A stretch of DNA of 64,000 nucleotides, taken from positions 1,286 to 65,285 of the forward strand of contig JAGWDQ010000053.1 in assembly GCA_018260615.1 (NCBI GenBank), in the 5' to 3' direction. The position numbers were made by a program, and so were the translations under genes. Below the pieces are notes generated by a model. The model worked only from the letters and a program-made list of their open reading frames with translations. It searched no databases and was not told the DNA's origin. This stretch comes from Candidatus Altarchaeum sp. GTDB lineage: Archaea; Altiarchaeota; Altiarchaeia; Altiarchaeales; Altiarchaeaceae. Positions 1 through 10,032 of the stretch are shown here, one piece after another. Position 1 is the stretch's first letter, and every line of letters begins with the position of its first letter.

Positions 1-50
1 GTATTCTCTAAATTTTTGATAATATTTCTGCAACTTGTCAAAACAAAATT

Positions 51-74
51 ATTTATTTATTTATTTATTTATTT
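51..74. repeat. (ATTT)6 microsatellite
   Basis: six consecutive ATTT units read directly. Confidence 0.9.
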
Positions 75-255
75 AATATCCAAAATTTAATTATCAATAA
101 AGTTAAAAATAAAATTTCTTCAAAATGAATATATGCGCAATAACTGCGGATATAAGTTGTTATCGAAAATTCCAAACCCTACATTTTAATATTTATTTTA
201 ACTAATATTTTATAGTAAAAGTAAGATTAGATTATATTTACAATAAATAAAGAAA

Positions 256-483
256 ATGGAAAAAAGAAAATATGTCATAGTTATTGAAAAAGACGAGGAT
301 GGAGTATATATAGGTAGTGTGCCATCTCTCCCCGGATGCCATTCTTATGGGGAAACACTGGATGAACTAATGGAAAATATGAAAGAGGCAATTGAATTGT
401 GTGTAGAAGTTTTAGAATCAGAAAAACAGGATATACCTTTGGAAATATTTGTAGGCACGCAAGAAGTAGAGATTTTAGCTTGA
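256..483 (+). CDS. hicB: HicB-like antitoxin (UPF0150 fold)
   Basis: 75 aa; YVIVIEKDEDGVYIGSVPSLPGCHSYGETLDELMENMKEAIEL is the typical HicB N-domain pattern; sits directly upstream of a HicA-like ORF. Confidence 0.75.
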   Translation: MEKRKYVIVIEKDEDGVYIGSVPSLPGCHSYGETLDELMENMKEAIELCVEVLESEKQDIPLEIFVGTQEVEILA

Positions 484-491
484 AGTTAAAA

Positions 492-722
492 ATGAAACTG
501 CCGAGAATAACGGGACAGAGAATGTGTAAAATTGCCGTAAAAACTGGTTTTTATCAAAAACGCCAGAAGGGAAGTCATAGTTTCTGGGCACATCCTGATG
601 GCAGGACAACAGTCATACCCATACATCCTGGTAAAGAACTTCCAATAGGGATGATAAGCAAAATATTGAAAGATATGGATATGTCCGTGTCAGAATACCT
701 GGAACATTTGAAGAAATCATAA
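492..722 (+). CDS. hicA: HicA-like mRNA interferase toxin
   Basis: ATG at 492 chosen (internal Met of ORF 399..722, 9 nt after the hicB stop); KGSHSFWAHPDGRTTVIPIHPGKELPIGMISKILKD matches the HicA/YcfA KGSH..P.H motif. Confidence 0.8.
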   Translation: MKLPRITGQRMCKIAVKTGFYQKRQKGSHSFWAHPDGRTTVIPIHPGKELPIGMISKILKDMDMSVSEYLEHLKKS

Positions 723-738
723 ATTTTAAAAAAGAGAT

Positions 739-862
739 TATACCCTGAGTTTGAAAGATATTTAAAAAATGTCTAAAAACACCTTTAAAATTGTCTTTTT
801 GTTGCCATGTCAATTTTACAATTTTAAAGGTCAAAACCCCATAACTTTCAAAGACAGGTATA
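739..862. mobile_element. 124-bp MITE-like element, copy 1
   Basis: essentially identical to 39952..40075; imperfect terminal inverted repeats TATACC(C)TGAGTTTGAAAG / CTTTCAAAGACAGGTATA; internal perfect 13-bp inverted repeat cctttaaaattgt/acaattttaaagg; no coding capacity. Confidence 0.7.
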
Positions 863-1028
863 CGTTACGGCTACGCCTTGCACTTCGTGAAATTTTGCCT
901 CCTTTGGCGGCAAAACTTCATATATTTTGATTCAGTTATCCAAAATTCCCCCCGACAATTTCCCAAAATTTCAATAAATTAAAATTTCTTTATTTCTGAT
1001 AAAAATTTCTTTAAATTTTGAAAAAATT

Positions 1029-2159
1029 TTAGAACTCTACTTCCTCCAAAAATTTATTGTAATTCTTCGGTTTTCTGTTTTTCCATGCTCCTTTATGATA
1101 CACATAACTTGCAAGTAAAGGAAACGCTATTGTTGCCTCCGAATAAACCATCTGTGTCCATTTATTATCAACCTTCCCCCACGAATGTGCCTCCTTCAAT
1201 GTTGAGCCGGATAATCCGCCGTCTCTTTCATCTGCAACAGTTATCTGAATCGCATATTTGTGCATCTTTGCTTCTTTATGGACAAATTTACTTAATATCT
1301 CTGCTGCGACCGTCATATCCTGGGCAAAATTTTTCGGAACACCTCCGCCAATCATAACCAGGCCCGTTTCTTTTGCATCAAGTTTGATTTTTGTCAATTC
1401 AAGAAAGTCCTTTGCACTGTCAATAGAGACCTTTTCATTGTTTTTACGCTTAAACTGATGTTCAATTAATCCGAATCCGGCGCTGCAATCGGAAAATGCA
1501 GGTACAAATATGGGAACTCCTTTTTTATAACATTCCGATACAACCGAATTTTTGGCAGCAGGATATTGCTGTTTAAATTTATCCAAAAATTTTCCTATTT
1601 CAATTATAAATTCCCGCGAAGAATACGGCTTTGGTTTTAATTCATCAGCAATCTTTGCAATTGTCTCATCGCAAATTCTTAATTCTTCTTCATCAATATA
1701 AGTGTCATAAATTCTGTCAATGCTGTGTTTCCTCAACATTTCGTCATCACTTAAATCAGTTCCGATATAATGTTTAAAACCAAGTGCTTCAAAGAAGTCC
1801 TGATCTACAATAATTGCTCCCGTAGAGACAATAGCATCAACCATGTTAAATTTAACCAAATCATAAACCACCTTTTTTAAACCGGCACTGAAAAGCGAGC
1901 CAGCCAGACAAAGTATAATTGAACAGTCCTTATCAACAAGCATCTTTTCATAAATTTTTGCCGCCGTCGCTAAATTTCTCGCCTGAAATGCCGTATTTTC
2001 AAATTCCTCAATGAGCGGCACGGCATTAAATTTTTCTATATCAATATGCTTCAATTCATTGCTGAGTATTTCTTTTTTTTCATTTTCTGATGGGGTCTCC
2101 CCTGTTGTTTCTTCTTTTTCCTTTTTTTCTTTTCCGATAATGGTTGTATTAACTTTCAT
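1029..2159 (-). CDS. dys: deoxyhypusine synthase
   Basis: 376 aa; MIGGGVPKNF and overall DHS pattern; Lys/Glu-rich N-terminal extension. Confidence 0.85.
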   Translation of the reverse strand: MKVNTTIIGKEKKEKEETTGETPSENEKKEILSNELKHIDIEKFNAVPLIEEFENTAFQARNLATAAKIYEKMLVDKDCSIILCLAGSLFSAGLKKVVYDLVKFNMVDAIVSTGAIIVDQDFFEALGFKHYIGTDLSDDEMLRKHSIDRIYDTYIDEEELRICDETIAKIADELKPKPYSSREFIIEIGKFLDKFKQQYPAAKNSVVSECYKKGVPIFVPAFSDCSAGFGLIEHQFKRKNNEKVSIDSAKDFLELTKIKLDAKETGLVMIGGGVPKNFAQDMTVAAEILSKFVHKEAKMHKYAIQITVADERDGGLSGSTLKEAHSWGKVDNKWTQMVYSEATIAFPLLASYVYHKGAWKNRKPKNYNKFLEEVEF

Positions 2160-2230
2160 TTTCTATATTTTTACTATATTTTTAATTTTTATTGTTTTTT
2201 AGTGTGGTTCTTTAGCGTATTTTATTTATT

Positions 2231-2337
2231 GAAAATTTAAATCAAAATTTAAACTAAAATCTAACTGAAATTTAAATCAAAATTTAAACAAAAATCTAAC
2301 TGAAATTTAAATCAAAATTTAAACTAAAATTTAAACC
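2231..2337. repeat. ~35-bp tandem repeat x3 in the divergent dys/rpl30 intergenic region
   Basis: gaaa(a)tttaaatcaaaatttaaacNaaaatctaact repeated three times head to tail. Confidence 0.85.
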
Positions 2338-2514
2338 ATAAAGAATTAATTTTATATCCTAAATTTTTCAAAACGCAAAACATAAGTTATGATATTCAAA
2401 CTTTTAAATTTTGAAAAATAAATTATGAAATATTTATTTATGTATTACAAATTTATAAAACAATTCAAAAAATTTAATAATTTAAGAGATACGATAAAAA
2501 CAAATTTTGCCAAA

Positions 2515-3012
2515 ATGAAGGTTGCAGTAGTTAGAATAAGGGGTACGGTAAATGTGGACGGAAGAATAAAGACCACGCTTGATTTACTTAAAATAAAATA
2601 CAAAAACAATTGTAATGTTGTTGAACTGGATGACACCTACAAAGGAATGATAAACAAAGCCAAGGATTATGTGACTTACGGGCCAGTTGATAAAGAAACA
2701 TTTAAAGAGATGCTCTTAAAGAGGGGGGAAATTTTACAAAACAAAACAGAGGATGCAAAAAACGAAACGATAAAGATAAACGATGAAACGATAAAGTCAC
2801 TCAATCCGAATTTTAAGTCAGTTGATGAATTTGTTGATGCATTTTTTGAAAATAAGGCAAAATTAAGCGATATAAATTTAAAATTGCCGTTCCGGCTGAC
2901 GCCTCCTACAAAGGGCTTTGAGCGAAAAGGTATAAAAATTCCTTATACTCTTGGCGGTGCTCTCGGAAACAGAGAAACGGCAATCAACGGTTTGTTAAAA
3001 AGAATGATATAA
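2515..3012 (+). CDS. rpl30: 50S ribosomal protein L30
   Basis: MKVAVVRIRGTVNV start (internal Met of ORF 2425..3012); position upstream of L15 and SecY. Confidence 0.8.
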   Translation: MKVAVVRIRGTVNVDGRIKTTLDLLKIKYKNNCNVVELDDTYKGMINKAKDYVTYGPVDKETFKEMLLKRGEILQNKTEDAKNETIKINDETIKSLNPNFKSVDEFVDAFFENKAKLSDINLKLPFRLTPPTKGFERKGIKIPYTLGGALGNRETAINGLLKRMI

Positions 3013-3177
3013 ATGAAATAGTTATTTATAAGCGATTAAATTTAAAATTTATAAAATTTAAAATCTGTTAAATTTTTAAAATAAATTCACTTCGTTCATA
3101 TATTTAAAATTAATAAATTAATTTAAAATAATTTCGCTAACGCTCAAATATTTATAAAAATCTATTAAATTTTTAAA

Positions 3178-3705
3178 ATGGCAGTTAAAGACAGGAAAAC
3201 AAGAAAATTAAGGGGTTCAAATCATCACGGATGGGGAATTCAGAAACACAGAGGAAAAGGAAGTCAGGGAGGTGCAGGAAATTCCGGATGGTATAAACAA
3301 AAATGGTGCAAATATTCCAAATACTTTAAAGATATGCACGGAAGTCATGGATTTACCAGACATTCTTCTGATAAAGAAATCAACGCAATAAATATCAGGG
3401 ATATTGAAAGAAATATTGAAAAATTTGTTAATGAAGGAAAAATGACAATTAAAGAGGGCACATATTATTTGAATCTTGCATCAATAGGATATGATAAATT
3501 ATTGGGAGATGGAAAAATTTCACATAAATTTATAATACAGGCAGATTCATTTTCGGAAGGAGCAAAGAAAAAAATTGAAAGTATAGGTGGAATGATAGAA
3601 AGCGAAACAAAAGATGATGGCGGTATTATAGCAAATGATACAACCGAAAGCAGTGAAAAAACAAATAAAACAAATACGACCGAAAAAGATATTGCTGAAA
3701 AATAG
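3178..3705 (+). CDS. rpl15: 50S ribosomal protein L15
   Basis: RKLRGSNHHGWG N-terminus typical of L15; conserved L30-L15-SecY order; acidic/Thr-rich C-terminal tail. Confidence 0.8.
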   Translation: MAVKDRKTRKLRGSNHHGWGIQKHRGKGSQGGAGNSGWYKQKWCKYSKYFKDMHGSHGFTRHSSDKEINAINIRDIERNIEKFVNEGKMTIKEGTYYLNLASIGYDKLLGDGKISHKFIIQADSFSEGAKKKIESIGGMIESETKDDGGIIANDTTESSEKTNKTNTTEKDIAEK

Positions 3706-3723
3706 AAACTAAATTTCTAAAAG

Positions 3724-5112
3724 ATGAAAATTGAATTTCTCAGACCATTTTTAAAGTATATTCCCGAAGTAAAAAGACCTTCACGGGCACTACCATTAAA
3801 GGACAAGGTGTTATGGGTAGCACTAGCCTTGGGTATATTTTATGTTTTGGGAGTTATTTATCCTTTTGGAGTTACCGAGGCGGAAATAAATAAATCCGGA
3901 TTTGAACTGATGCAGATGGTTTTTGCGAGTCACATCGGCTCACTCCTGACTGTTGGTATAGGTCCGATTGTTGTGGGTTCAATTATGCTTCAGCTATTAG
4001 TCGGAACGGGAGCACTTGAACTGGACTTAACAAGAAATGAAGACAAGGCATTATTTCAGGGAGCCCAAAAGATTTTAGTAGTTATCTTTTCTCTGCTTGA
4101 AGCAGCGGCAATGAGTATGGCATTCCAGTTGGGCGGAGGTATGTACTGGCTCGTTGTATTACAAATTGCTATGGGTAGTATAATTTTAATGTTCCTGGAT
4201 GAAATCGTATCAAAATACGGGATTGGTTCGGGAATCGGATTATTTATTGCAGGAGGGGTTTCACAGTCAATAATAACTGCAAGTATAAATCCGATGCAAA
4301 TGGCAGGAACTTATGTGGGAGCAATTCCAAACTTTATAGCCCTCTTGGATAAAGGAAATTTTGATATAGTTCAGCTTTTCCCTATTGTAGCAACAATTAT
4401 TGTATTTTTGGTTGTGGTCTATGGAGAATCAATGCGGCTTGAAATACCTCTTGCTTACGGAACAATCAGAGGGATAAGTGCCCGTTATCCGATAAAATTT
4501 TTCTATGTTTCAAATATTCCGGTAATATTAGCTGCTGCACTTATACAGTCACTTCAGTTAATTCCTTCAATATTTGGCATCCATGCCGGAATGAGTTATC
4601 CTGAGATGAATATGTTACAACAAGGTGTCTATACTTTTTTTTCATATATTACCCCAGGTTATGGAGGTGCTAATAATATATATGGAGTCCTTAATCCGTC
4701 TTCAATATATAAATTAGGGGATATTCCGGTTATAGTTCATATACTCATATATGGTGCGGTTTTCCTCGGGTTGTGTGTGCTTTTCGGAAAATTTTGGGCT
4801 GCAACAACAAACATCGGACCTGAAAAGGTTGCCCAGCAAATACATCAGGGCGGAATGCAGATCCCCGGATTCAGAAGAGATATAAGAGTTATACAACATG
4901 TGCTTGAAAGATACATCCCACAGATGGTGGTGATAAGTTCCATTGCTGTCGGATTACTTGCATTATCTGCCGACTTACTCGGTGTTTTCGGAAGCGGAAC
5001 AGGAATTTTGCTAACTGTCGGAATATTATTCAGGATGTATGAACAACTTCAAAAGGAAGAAATGGGAAGTATGCCTATGTGGTTCAGAGGATTATTCGGG
5101 AAACACAGATAA
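3724..5112 (+). CDS. secY: preprotein translocase subunit SecY
   Basis: 462 aa polytopic membrane protein in the conserved position after L15. Confidence 0.9.
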   Translation: MKIEFLRPFLKYIPEVKRPSRALPLKDKVLWVALALGIFYVLGVIYPFGVTEAEINKSGFELMQMVFASHIGSLLTVGIGPIVVGSIMLQLLVGTGALELDLTRNEDKALFQGAQKILVVIFSLLEAAAMSMAFQLGGGMYWLVVLQIAMGSIILMFLDEIVSKYGIGSGIGLFIAGGVSQSIITASINPMQMAGTYVGAIPNFIALLDKGNFDIVQLFPIVATIIVFLVVVYGESMRLEIPLAYGTIRGISARYPIKFFYVSNIPVILAAALIQSLQLIPSIFGIHAGMSYPEMNMLQQGVYTFFSYITPGYGGANNIYGVLNPSSIYKLGDIPVIVHILIYGAVFLGLCVLFGKFWAATTNIGPEKVAQQIHQGGMQIPGFRRDIRVIQHVLERYIPQMVVISSIAVGLLALSADLLGVFGSGTGILLTVGILFRMYEQLQKEEMGSMPMWFRGLFGKHR

Positions 5113-5168
5113 AAGCAAAAATAAAAAATAAAATAAATTTTAAATTTTAAATAAATTTTAAATTTTCT

Positions 5169-5226
5169 GTTCTATGATGAGACCGTCCCAGCCTGAGCAG
5201 TGATGAGAAGGGTAGCTTCTGAGAAC
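5169..5226 (+). ncRNA. C/D box sRNA (2'-O-methylation guide)
   Basis: C box ATGATGA 5174-5180, 12-nt guide gaccgtcccagc, D' CTGA 5193-5196, C' TGATGA 5201-5206, 12-nt guide gaagggtagctt, D CTGA 5219-5222; terminal stem gttct/agaac. Confidence 0.75.
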
Positions 5227-5402
5227 ATGTCAATATAAAGTAAAAAATTTTGAAATTTTTTTTGAGTTCATACACAAATTGTTGCATTTTATCTGACAAA
5301 TTAACCTCGCTTATTTTTGATATAAGTGAAATTATTTCAAAATTTCATGAACTTTGAAATGTATGGCTATTTACCTGTTGTTAAAACTAATAAAATCATA
5401 AA

Positions 5403-5819
5403 ATGGATATATCTCAAAATTTAAAGGTAAATGATGTTATGTCAAGAGGAGTAATAACAATGCCATTAAATACGACTGTCAAAGATATGGCAAAAATCAT
5501 TGCGGAGTCGCATGTGCACGGCATCTGTATAACTGATGAATTCGGGGAGATTGCAGGAATGGTTTCTGAGACAGATATTATAAAGGCATTCAATAAAGAT
5601 ATTAATAAAGTAACCGCTGAAGATATTATGTCAGATAAGGTCGCAACGATTTCCGGAGAAAGTTACATTTGCGATGCCGTTGACATTATGGTAAAACAAA
5701 AAATTCACCGCCTTGTTATCGTACTTGGGGGAAAGGATAATGCAGGTTTATCACTTCCCAAAAGACCTGTCGGAATTTTATCTGCAACCGATATTATTAA
5801 TCTGATGGCAAAGGATTAA
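5403..5819 (+). CDS. CBS-domain pair protein
   Basis: 138 aa with two CBS-like units (VMSRGVITMP..., IMSDKVATIS...HRLVIV). Confidence 0.8.
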   Translation: MDISQNLKVNDVMSRGVITMPLNTTVKDMAKIIAESHVHGICITDEFGEIAGMVSETDIIKAFNKDINKVTAEDIMSDKVATISGESYICDAVDIMVKQKIHRLVIVLGGKDNAGLSLPKRPVGILSATDIINLMAKD

Positions 5820-5887
5820 ACAAATTTTTAAATTTCACAGGATTTCTTTGTTTTTCATTCGGGGTCAAAATCAGGTAAGTAAAATAT

Positions 5888-6136
5888 GTAACTATTCAGA
5901 GGGTACGAAAATTTACCGGTAGAAATTTCAAAAAATACAATTTCAAAAATGAAATTTTTGAATACTGAAAATCTCCAAGATTTTCAATCTTACAAAATGT
6001 TTTAAACATTTTGTAAATACACGAACGAAGTGAGCGTAAAAAATCAAAAATTTACCTGTAATTTAAAAACCCCGAGGTTTTTAAAGATTGAAAATCTTAT
6101 AGATTTTCAGTATTTTTTTGGTGGCTGAATAGTTAC
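5888..6136. repeat. composite palindromic repeat cluster (mosaic hairpin family)
   Basis: outer IR gtaactattcag (5888-5899) / ctgaatagttac (6125-6136); inner inverted copies of tactgaaaatctNNNagattttcaatctt; central palindrome tacaaaatgttt-t-aaacattttgta. Confidence 0.8.
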
Positions 6137-6200
6137 TAAAATATTACATTTTTAAAACCTGCTTTTTTTAAAATCGTGTTAAACAAACTAATATAAAGTT

Positions 6201-6408
6201 TATTTAAATACTTAATATATTTTATCATAATATATAATAATAAAAAATAAATTATTTAAATACTTAATATATTTTATCATAATATATAATAATAAAAAAT
6301 AAATTATTTAAATACTTAATATATTTTATCATAATATATAATAATAAAAAATAAATTATTTAAATACTTAATATATTTAATCATAATATATAATAATAAA
6401 AAATAAAA
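6201..6408. repeat. 52-bp tandem repeat x4 immediately upstream of acs
   Basis: unit starts at 6201, 6253, 6305, 6357; near-perfect copies, each with TATA-like tttaaata. Confidence 0.9.
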
Positions 6409-6425
6409 AATTTAAAAACAACAAA

Positions 6426-8504
6426 ATGGCCAACGAAATTAAAAAAACAAGGGGGGGAAACAACACTGGAAATGAAGACAAAACAGCGTTGAGTGAGGCG
6501 GAAATAGCATCACACTGGCAGGATGAGGAATATTTTGAGCCTTCTGAGAAATTTATCAGACAGGCAAATGTGCAGGATGGAGCAATATATGAAAGATTTA
6601 AAGAGGAAAATTTTCCGGAGTGTTTTAATGAATATGCAAATATGCTTACATGGGACAGATACTGGAAAACAACGCTTGATACCAGTAATCCGCCATTCTT
6701 TAAATGGTTTGTCGGTGGAAAATTAAATGTCTGCTACAATTGCGTTGATAGAAATTTGGTGAAGTATAAAAATAAAGCGGCAATAATATGGGTTCCTGAA
6801 CTGGAAGAAGAACATGACAGAGTCATAACATATCAGGAATTGTATGTAAAAGTCAATGAATTTGCATCGCTCCTTCAAGAGCTCGGTTTAAAAGCGGGAG
6901 ACAGAATAACATTCCATTTGCCAATGGTTCCGGAATTGCCAATATCCATGCTCGCATGTGCGCGGCTTGGAATAATACACTCGGAGGTCTTCGGGGGCTT
7001 CAGCGGAAAGGCGTGCGGGGAAAGAATTGCCGATTCCGAAAGTAATATTTTAGTAACAATTGATGGGTATTACCGGGGTGGAAAATTAATTGACCATAAA
7101 GTTAATGCGGATATAGCAGTTGAAACCGCAAAGGCATTGGGGCAGAAAGTAGATAAGGTGCTTATATGGAACAGACATTACGGTAAATATAGTTCGCCGA
7201 CAAAACTTGTAGAAGGAAGGGATTTTCTCGTTGATGACTTACTTAAAAACCATAAAGGAAAGATAGTTGTACCTGTTTCAATGCCTGCCGAAGCAGGACT
7301 TTTTATGATGTATACAAGTGGTTCAACGGGAAAGCCGAAGGGATGCCTGCATAGTACCGGCGGATATCTGGCTTATGTTGCCGGAACATCAAAATATATT
7401 CAGGATATTCATCCGGAAGATGTGTATTGGTGTATGGCAGACATTGGTTGGATTACAGGGCATTCATATATTGTTTATGGTCCTCTTGCTATAGCTGCAA
7501 CATCTGTTATTTATGAAGGAGTTCCAACATATCCCGATGCAAACAGGTCATGGAGAATCGCCGAACGACTGGGAATTAACATATTCCATACGGCACCGAC
7601 AACAATTCGTATGTTAAGAAAAATGGGTTCTAATCCTGAAAAATATAACTGCCACTTTAAGCACATGACAACCGTTGGCGAGCCGATAGAGCCGGATGTG
7701 TGGAGGTGGTATTATCATACTATTGGAAAGAATGAAGCAGTAATAGTTGATACATGGTGGCAAACAGAAAACGGGGGATTTTTATGCAGTACTGTGCCGG
7801 CAGTTAAACCAATGAAGCCGGGAAGTGCGGGTCCGGGGGTGCCGGGAATTTATCCAATCGTATATGATGAAAATGGGAAGGAAATTTCTGCAAGCGCCGG
7901 AAAAGCCGGAAATATATGTATAAAAAATCCCTGGCCCGGAAGAATGCTGACAATATGGAAAAATCCTGAAAGATTGGTAAAAGGATATTATGAAAAGTAC
8001 TGCAAAAACAAAGACAGCAAGGACTGGCAGGACTGGCCATATCTGGCAGGTGACAGCGCAATGCTTGCAAAGGACGGGTACTTTAGGATTTTGGGCAGAA
8101 TAGATGATATTATTAATGTTGCAGGACATCGGCTGGGGACAAAAGAATTAGAATCAGCAGCACTAACCTGTGAGGAAATAGCAGAAGCAGCAGTCGTGCC
8201 AAAAGGGGATGAACTTAAAGGACATATTCCTGACTTATATGTATCTTTAAAACCGGGATTTAAGCAAAGTGAAGAACTGGAAAACAAAGTTAAACAGGCA
8301 GTTGTAAATATAATAGGGCCAATAGCAAGACCAAAGCATGTATATATTGTTCCGGACATGCCAAAGACAAGGAGCGGAAAAATTATGCGGAGAATTCTTA
8401 CAGTCATATCAAATGGCAGAACTGATGTGGGTGATGTAACAACTTTATTGAATCCGGATGTTGTTGAAAAGATACAAAAAATAGTGGGAGGTGACGGATA
8501 TTAA
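6426..8504 (+). CDS. acs: acetyl-CoA synthetase (AMP-forming)
   Basis: YTSGSTGKPKG, TWWQTENGG, PKTRSGKIMRR motifs; 692 aa. Confidence 0.9.
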   Translation: MANEIKKTRGGNNTGNEDKTALSEAEIASHWQDEEYFEPSEKFIRQANVQDGAIYERFKEENFPECFNEYANMLTWDRYWKTTLDTSNPPFFKWFVGGKLNVCYNCVDRNLVKYKNKAAIIWVPELEEEHDRVITYQELYVKVNEFASLLQELGLKAGDRITFHLPMVPELPISMLACARLGIIHSEVFGGFSGKACGERIADSESNILVTIDGYYRGGKLIDHKVNADIAVETAKALGQKVDKVLIWNRHYGKYSSPTKLVEGRDFLVDDLLKNHKGKIVVPVSMPAEAGLFMMYTSGSTGKPKGCLHSTGGYLAYVAGTSKYIQDIHPEDVYWCMADIGWITGHSYIVYGPLAIAATSVIYEGVPTYPDANRSWRIAERLGINIFHTAPTTIRMLRKMGSNPEKYNCHFKHMTTVGEPIEPDVWRWYYHTIGKNEAVIVDTWWQTENGGFLCSTVPAVKPMKPGSAGPGVPGIYPIVYDENGKEISASAGKAGNICIKNPWPGRMLTIWKNPERLVKGYYEKYCKNKDSKDWQDWPYLAGDSAMLAKDGYFRILGRIDDIINVAGHRLGTKELESAALTCEEIAEAAVVPKGDELKGHIPDLYVSLKPGFKQSEELENKVKQAVVNIIGPIARPKHVYIVPDMPKTRSGKIMRRILTVISNGRTDVGDVTTLLNPDVVEKIQKIVGGDGY

Positions 8505-8532
8505 AATTTTTGTTTTTTAAAAATTTTTAAAA

Positions 8533-8552
8533 GAGGGTCAGTAATGACCCTC
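8533..8552 (+). terminator. perfect 8-bp stem/4-nt loop hairpin downstream of acs
   Basis: gagggtca-gtaa-tgaccctc, 29 nt after the acs stop; its role in termination is an inference. Confidence 0.3.
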
Positions 8553-8626
8553 AAATTTAATCTAAAAATAAAATTTAAATAAATTAAAAATTTAAAAATA
8601 AAATAAATAAAATTTAAAATTTTAAA

Positions 8627-9901
8627 ATGGAAGAAAATAAAAGTATGGGTAGGTGGATGATATTAATTGGAGGAATTATGCTCCAGTTATGTCTTGGAGC
8701 AGTTTATGCATGGAGCGTGTTTGCCGCAGAGCTTAAAAATAAACCATACTTGTGGAGTTTGACGGATACACAGATTGTGTTTTCCGTAGCACTTGCGACA
8801 TTTGCTATTGTGATGGTATTTGCAGGGAAAATGCAGGATAAAATGGGCCCTAAAAAAGTAGCACTTGCAGGAGCGGGACTACTTGGGGTAGGTTATATAC
8901 TTGCAAGTTTTGTGCCCGGGAACTTTTTATGGATGGTATTAACACTCGGAATTATTGCGGGAGCGGGAATAGGAACTGCATATAGTTGTCCGATTGCTGC
9001 AATAGGTAAGTGGTTCCCAGATAAGTTAGGGCTTGCCACGGGGCTTGCGGTCTTTGGATTTGGATTCGGTGCGTTTTTTATATCAGTTTTTTCCGGTGCC
9101 GGAATAGACATGCCAGGGCTTAAGGTTCCTCTTTTACAGTTACTTGCAAACAACGGGCTTGGTGGAACTCTCATGATATGGGGCATATTTTTCCTCGTTG
9201 TCGGAGGACTGGGCGCATTTCTTTTAAAGAACCCTCCCGCAGGATGGAAACCGGAAGGATGGACACCGCCGATTAAAACAGGCGCTGCACAGGTAAGAGA
9301 GGACTGGAAACGCGGGGAAATGATAAAAACACCACAGTTCTGGATGCTTTTAGGAATGTTCGTATTTGCTGCATCGGCCGGACTCATGACAATTGGTATT
9401 TTAAAGGTATACGGAATTGATTCAGGACTCACGGCTGCAGCCGCAGGGACAGCAGTCGGAATACTTGCAATATTCAACGGCGCTGGAAGAATTGTCTGGG
9501 GATGGACTTCGGACAAGATCGGAAGGACAAAGTCAATGGCAATAATGTTTTTCCTGCAGGCAGCAATGATGTTTGCATTGATATTTATGAATCTCGGTGC
9601 AACCACAACAGGACTTGCGATAGCAGCAGCATGGATTGGATTGATGTTCGGAGGAAACTTTGCATTATTCCCTACAGCAACAAGAGAATTCTTCGGGATA
9701 AAGAACTACGGAGCAAACTATGCAATGGTATTCCTTGGTTACGGTGTAGCAGGTATATTTGGTCCAATTATGGCGGGGCAAACAAAAGATCTCTTTGGAA
9801 GTTATGACATGGCGTTTATTATCTGCGGAGCATTATGTGTAATTGCTGCAATACTGGCGTTTGTTACAAAAGCACCACAACATAAGCAGAAAGAGGAGTA
9901 A
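8627..9901 (+). CDS. MFS transporter, oxalate/formate antiporter-like family
   Basis: 424 aa, ~12 predicted TM segments; N-terminal GAVYAWSVF pattern; lies adjacent to acs. Confidence 0.7.
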   Translation: MEENKSMGRWMILIGGIMLQLCLGAVYAWSVFAAELKNKPYLWSLTDTQIVFSVALATFAIVMVFAGKMQDKMGPKKVALAGAGLLGVGYILASFVPGNFLWMVLTLGIIAGAGIGTAYSCPIAAIGKWFPDKLGLATGLAVFGFGFGAFFISVFSGAGIDMPGLKVPLLQLLANNGLGGTLMIWGIFFLVVGGLGAFLLKNPPAGWKPEGWTPPIKTGAAQVREDWKRGEMIKTPQFWMLLGMFVFAASAGLMTIGILKVYGIDSGLTAAAAGTAVGILAIFNGAGRIVWGWTSDKIGRTKSMAIMFFLQAAMMFALIFMNLGATTTGLAIAAAWIGLMFGGNFALFPTATREFFGIKNYGANYAMVFLGYGVAGIFGPIMAGQTKDLFGSYDMAFIICGALCVIAAILAFVTKAPQHKQKEE

Positions 9902-10032
9902 TCTATTCACTTCTTTTTTGAATTTTACTGCATTGTAGTGAACACCATTCTTTTTTATTTTTTTTCTTTTTTATTTATTTTTTTGAACTTGTCCAAACAG
10001 CGAAATTTTTAAAATTTATCGTTGTTTCTCAT

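Noticed and set aside
613-834. 73-aa minus-strand ORF
   Set aside because: It overlaps the hicA 3' end and runs through the MITE, so it is likely spurious.
2425-2514. Long N-terminal extensions offered by the ORF track (2425 for rpl30, 399 for hicA, 16660 for the AsnB-like gene, 16395 for the PPAT-like gene, 44407 for pan)
   Set aside because: The extensions overlap neighbouring genes or promoters and lack homology-like sequence. Internal Met codons reproduce the canonical N-termini.
8893-9606. Long antisense ORFs inside well-supported genes (8893..9606, 7988..8407, 36641..37057, 25385..25777, 23322..23714, 13236..13640 and others)
   Set aside because: These are shadow ORFs opposite genes with clear motifs. 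Their translations are low-complexity and lack recognisable features.
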